IMG/VR virus record: IMGVR_UViG_3300032295_003763
Coordinates: 64,001-128,000 of that record
Direction: 5' to 3' (one strand)
From: a virus
Lineage: Duplodnaviria; Caudoviricetes
Length of the DNA stretch: 64,000 nt
The position numbers were made by a program, and so were the translations under genes. Shown here piece by piece: positions 60,328-64,000 of the stretch. The notes beneath the pieces were generated by a model. The model was not told the origin of the DNA, made no database searches, and worked only from the letters and a program-made list of their open reading frames with translations. Positions within the stretch are counted from its first letter, which is position 1. Every line of letters starts with the position of its first letter.

Positions 60328-60576
60328 ATGGCCAACAGAATTGTAAAAACATTTGAAGAATTTATTTCTTTTGAAATCGAAGATTCCGAAGTTCATATAC
60401 ATATTGAACCAAAAGAAACTGAAGAAATCTCTGAACCTGAAATCACTACAGGTGATGATGTAATTGTTGATATCCCTTTGATGAACTTATCCCAAGATGA
60501 TTCAGAAGAAGACATGGATTCCGAAGAAGATGAAACACCAGAAAGTGATACTGATGGTGAAGAAGACGAAGAATAA
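60328..60576 (+). CDS. Very acidic small protein with CTS-like leader
   Basis: MANRIVKTFEEFISFE; GATATATA at 60300-60307. Confidence 0.75.
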   Translation: MANRIVKTFEEFISFEIEDSEVHIHIEPKETEEISEPEITTGDDVIVDIPLMNLSQDDSEEDMDSEEDETPESDTDGEEDEE

Positions 60577-60577
60577 T

Positions 60578-60606
60578 AAAAAGCCCTTATATAAGGGCTT
60601 TTCTTT
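60578..60606. terminator. Bidirectional terminator
   Basis: AAAAGCCCTTATATAAGGGCTTTT. Confidence 0.8.
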
Positions 60607-60893
60607 TATTCAAACGATTCTATAATTTCTTCCTTTGTTCTTAGACCAGTTATTCTATTAACTAGTTCCCCGTTCTTAAATATTAGCATAGTAGGTACAC
60701 TTCGTATACCATATTCAATAGCTAACCCTTGATTAGAATCAACATCAACTTTAACCACTTTAATAGGAGTAGTGGATGATATTTCGTCTAATATTGGATT
60801 TAATGCTTTGCAAGGTCCACACCAACTTGCACTAAAATCAACAATTACTCTCTCAAGAGATTTAAAAGATTCGATATTAAAATTATTTTCCAT
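60606..60893 (-). CDS. trxA: Thioredoxin
   Basis: DFSASWCGPCK, IRSVPT. Confidence 0.95.
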   Translation of the reverse strand: MENNFNIESFKSLERVIVDFSASWCGPCKALNPILDEISSTTPIKVVKVDVDSNQGLAIEYGIRSVPTMLIFKNGELVNRITGLRTKEEIIESFE

Positions 60894-61215
60894 AAGTATT
60901 GTATGATGTTATTTTTTTAAATAATCTTTTTTCTAATGACTCTATTAAAGAAAAATCCCAGCATTCATTTAGATATTCATCCATTTCTGAGGTGTAATTA
61001 AACCATTCACCTCTTATATGAAAGTTTGTAAACCTTTCATGTAATTTCTTTTCAGTTTTTCTATCCCCCCAAACTGCTCCGAGTATCTTAAGATCATGAG
61101 GAGTACCAACTTGTAAATTTTCTAGTCTACGCTTTAAACCTTTAAGTGTGGTATATCCTATTTTAACAGCATTGGAATTTGTGTCTAAAATGAAGTATAT
61201 TATATCTTCATTCAT
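60883..61215 (-). CDS. GIY-YIG family (T5orf172/MUG113-like) protein
   Basis: IYFI, VKIGYT, RRL..LQ.G.P, EKKLH..F, RGEWF. Confidence 0.85.
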   Translation of the reverse strand: MNEDIIYFILDTNSNAVKIGYTTLKGLKRRLENLQVGTPHDLKILGAVWGDRKTEKKLHERFTNFHIRGEWFNYTSEMDEYLNECWDFSLIESLEKRLFKKITSYNTYGK

Positions 61216-61256
61216 TTTTATAGATTTATTTTCAAACCTATATATTCACATAAGTT

Positions 61257-61898
61257 TTAAATTGTGATTTTCTTTTCCCAAACCATAAAATTTACATCAA
61301 ATCTTCTTGGGTATGGATGTTCAGCAACAAGATTGAATTTTTTTGAAATCATATCATTAATATTTATACCATCATCTTCCCAATAAATAAGACCTGCGTT
61401 TTTATCATCTATCCCAACTGGAATAAATCTCTTATTTTCATTAACAGTAATAAATTTACCATCATTCTTTAATGAATCGTATATAAAATCAATATCTTCT
61501 TCTGGGGTCGGACTATGTTGCAAAACATAAATTGATATAATTGTATCGAATTTTTGGAAAAAATTTACCTTTTCATCTTCTGTTAAAGGTGTTGAAACTG
61601 GTATAAACTTTTTACTTGCAACGAATTGAGTTGCTGCTTGGAGCATAGGCAAACTAAAATCAAAACCATAACAAATACACCCTAAAGAGCTTATAAGCCC
61701 CTTTGATATTCTACCTACCCCACAACCATAATCTCCAATTACAGCATCATTGAATGCATATACATTATCTATGAAAAGTTTTACAGTTGTTTGAGTTTCC
61801 ATATCAAATTTATAGGAAACACCTGGTTCTGGTGAAAGACAAATTTCTTTAGCATGACCAATATCTCTTGGGTAAAACGCTTCTTTAACGTAATTCAT
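61257..61898 (-). CDS. Class I SAM methyltransferase
   Basis: DYGCGVGR, FDFS..ML, VLQH, LK..GKF. Confidence 0.88.
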   Translation of the reverse strand: MNYVKEAFYPRDIGHAKEICLSPEPGVSYKFDMETQTTVKLFIDNVYAFNDAVIGDYGCGVGRISKGLISSLGCICYGFDFSLPMLQAATQFVASKKFIPVSTPLTEDEKVNFFQKFDTIISIYVLQHSPTPEEDIDFIYDSLKNDGKFITVNENKRFIPVGIDDKNAGLIYWEDDGININDMISKKFNLVAEHPYPRRFDVNFMVWEKKITI

Positions 61899-61902
61899 AA
61901 AA

Positions 61903-62913
61903 TTATCCTATACTAAATTCTTCAGCTAAGATAGTTAATTCTTCTCTAATTTTTTGAAATGGAACATCCCATTCACCATACTTAACTTGTCTAAATAATT
62001 TAACAGAATCATACCATTTTGAAGTTTCTTCAGGAACTGCCCATGTATAATATGGCATAACAGGAGTAATAATCCAAGTAGGAATCCCCATAGCTCCTGC
62101 CAAATGTGCTATAGAAGTACAAGAAGTTATTACTAAATCAAGACTAGCTATTATATTTGCTGTATCTTCCCAAGATTTTAAAGAATCTCTTAAATCTGAA
62201 AAAGGTAAGCCATCTATACAATTTTCATCTCTTTGAAGAGAATAAAATGTTGTATTTGGAACATCGTGCAAATTAATCATTAATTCAGGTGGGAATCTTC
62301 TATGTTGTTCATCTTCAAATTTAGGATTACCACTCCAACGTATTCCAACCTTTAAGGTATTTGTTTTTGCATAGAGTTTTGTTGGACTTTGGGGGATTAT
62401 AAAAGGTGATCCATCTAAATCATCATATTCCATATTTAATAGAAACGGAGAAGACATAGCTGGAACCCAATAATTATAATGAGCACCCATTACAATCTCA
62501 TTATCTACACAAATATATCCATGTCTAGAAAATAACTCTTTTAATTCAGGGGCGCATGATACAAGAACTCTCGCTCCCATATCTATAAATCTTTTAGCGA
62601 AACGAAAATTTGCTATTTGATCTCCAAATCCACCTTCACACCTAAAAAGAAGGGTTTTATTATCTAATGACTCATCTTTCCAAATTTTACCAGGAACTGG
62701 AGGTAATCCAAATACATCTATGTATCTACCATAGTTAAAGTGTTCAAATGCCTTTTTCATATTTCTATGGCGCATTTCATGCCAACCTAAATTGAAAAGT
62801 ACTCTTAAATCATCCTGTGGTTGATTGCGAAGTATATCTTCACTAATTTCTGGAAATCCATTTTTTGAGGCATCTAATGCCATATCTAATGGATGAATAG
62901 TCTTTTTTATCAT
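61903..62913 (-). CDS. GT9-like (GT-B) glycosyltransferase with degenerate TPR N-terminus
   Basis: EGGFGDQI..RF, VGIRWSG, YSLQ, DTA..I..LDLVITSCTSIAHLAGAMG.PTW, WY.SV.LFRQ. Confidence 0.85.
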   Translation of the reverse strand: MIKKTIHPLDMALDASKNGFPEISEDILRNQPQDDLRVLFNLGWHEMRHRNMKKAFEHFNYGRYIDVFGLPPVPGKIWKDESLDNKTLLFRCEGGFGDQIANFRFAKRFIDMGARVLVSCAPELKELFSRHGYICVDNEIVMGAHYNYWVPAMSSPFLLNMEYDDLDGSPFIIPQSPTKLYAKTNTLKVGIRWSGNPKFEDEQHRRFPPELMINLHDVPNTTFYSLQRDENCIDGLPFSDLRDSLKSWEDTANIIASLDLVITSCTSIAHLAGAMGIPTWIITPVMPYYTWAVPEETSKWYDSVKLFRQVKYGEWDVPFQKIREELTILAEEFSIG

Positions 62914-62972
62914 AGTAGAAAATGCACAAAAATATAATAATAGTAATTATATGAAATATATGTTTTTTGTTC

Positions 62973-64000
62973 TTACAAATTTGAAATAAAAATACTATGA
63001 GCCGATCCAGCTTCCGCATCAAACCAATTTGTAAGTAATCCTACTTGAACTGGGTTTGATCTAAATATGATATCCCCTAAACCTAATTCTCCATTTGAAT
63101 TATTACCCCAAGCCCAAAGTGTGCCATTTGTTTTAATAGCTAATGTATGTTGATTTTTACTAGAAATCCTTGACCAATCTGTAAGATTTCCTATCCGTAA
63201 AAAAGCTCTATTATTTAATGAAGCAGCTCCTATACGACTACTATCATTTGTACCCATTCCCCAAAGAGTTCCATCTGTTCTTATTGCCATTGTATATTGA
63301 GTACCAGCAGAAACTCTCTGCCAATCTGTAAGTGTCCCGATTTGAACGGGGGAAGAATATGATGTTTTATCATCTGTCCCTAATTGACCACTTGCATTAT
63401 GACCCCATCCCCAAAGAGTTCCATTTGTTTTTATTGCCATTGTATGACTATCTCCCGTTGTAACTCTCTGCCAATCTGTAAGTGTGCCTACTTGAACAGG
63501 AGATGAATAGTTTACCGCATTATTTGTCCCTAATCTACCTGATACAGTATTATTACCCCAAGCCCAAAGTGTGCCATTTGTTTTTATTGCCATTGTAAAT
63601 AAATTTCCAGCCTCAACACTTTGCCAATCTGTGAGTGTGCCTACTTGAACTGGGGATGAAGATAATGTAGTATTACCTGTTCCTAATTGACCTTGTGCAT
63701 TTTGACCCCAGGCCCAAAGAGTTCCATTTGTTCTTATTGCCATTGTATGTTGATTACCAGCAGATACGGTTTGCCAATTTGTATCAGCTCCTATTTGAAT
63801 AGGAGATGAAGTTTGAACAAAAGAATTATTACCTAAACCTCCAAATGAATTACTCCCCCAAGCCCAAAGAGTTCCGTTTGTTTTTACAGCCATTGTATGA
63901 AATGAACCCATCGAAACACTTTGCCAATTCGTATCTGCTCCTACTTGAAGAGGAGATGAATAATTAGTTGTATTCCCTGTTCCTAATTGTCCTTGTCCAT
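62973..64000 (-). CDS. RCC1-repeat beta-propeller protein (partial; frame open to the window end)
   Basis: Repeated HTMAIKTNGTLWAWG.N..GQLG...SSPVQVG..TDW units of ~51 aa; frame continues upstream of 63911 (GQGQLGTGNTTNYSSPLQVG...). Confidence 0.93.
   Translation of the reverse strand, partial: GQGQLGTGNTTNYSSPLQVGADTNWQSVSMGSFHTMAVKTNGTLWAWGSNSFGGLGNNSFVQTSSPIQIGADTNWQTVSAGNQHTMAIRTNGTLWAWGQNAQGQLGTGNTTLSSSPVQVGTLTDWQSVEAGNLFTMAIKTNGTLWAWGNNTVSGRLGTNNAVNYSSPVQVGTLTDWQRVTTGDSHTMAIKTNGTLWGWGHNASGQLGTDDKTSYSSPVQIGTLTDWQRVSAGTQYTMAIRTDGTLWGMGTNDSSRIGAASLNNRAFLRIGNLTDWSRISSKNQHTLAIKTNGTLWAWGNNSNGELGLGDIIFRSNPVQVGLLTNWFDAEAGSAHSIFISNL

Noticed and set aside
60883-61215. Mobile homing endonuclease
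   Set aside because: Single 110 aa T5orf172-like domain with no DNA-binding extension or intron context; mobility unsupported
1-64000. Stop-codon reassignment, as in some megaphages
   Set aside because: Standard code already gives dense, full-length conserved genes, and TAG and TGA end genes at sensible boundaries
1-64000. Giant eukaryotic virus or bacterial origin, suggested by ankyrin, RCC1, collagen, IF3 and thioredoxin
   Set aside because: T4-like portal, gp4, gp55, gp46/47, tail genes and peptidoglycan enzymes indicate a tailed bacteriophage
1-64000. CRISPR arrays, tRNAs, rRNAs, introns or inteins
   Set aside because: None recognised by eye; intergenic gaps are short and the only repeats are coding. 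tRNAscan and Infernal were not run

Overview
An AT-rich, gene-dense, mostly minus-strand segment of a large T4-related (myovirus-like) jumbo/huge phage, read in the standard bacterial code. Recognisable core genes are portal (gp20), DNA end protector (gp2-like), head completion nuclease (gp4), baseplate/tail genes, tail terminator (gp15-like), a short late sigma factor (gp55-like), gp46/gp47, an SF1 helicase and a RuvC-like resolvase. Auxiliary genes include IF3, a RimK-protease fusion, Hsp20, thioredoxin, a flavodoxin-like and a ferritin-like protein, several glycosyl- and methyltransferases, and ankyrin, RCC1 and collagen-like repeat proteins. Two sequence codes are visible directly. (1) A GATATATA octamer sits a short distance upstream of about 21 gene starts and is a likely late promoter, related to T4 TATAAATA. 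(2) An N-terminal leader resembling the T4 capsid-targeting sequence ([IL]xx[FY]xx[FY]...[LIV]xE) occurs on about 18 proteins. The best candidate for an undescribed system is the ~17 kb block downstream of the portal (1-17.3 kb). Nearly all its genes carry this leader, and it holds six peptidoglycan-binding-domain proteins (two are M15 peptidases with swapped catalytic heads) and two proteins with membrane-insertion helices. It is hypothesised to be a head-packaged, cell-wall-anchored DNA-delivery (ejectosome-like) or effector module. All family assignments are from motif recognition only; no database search was run.
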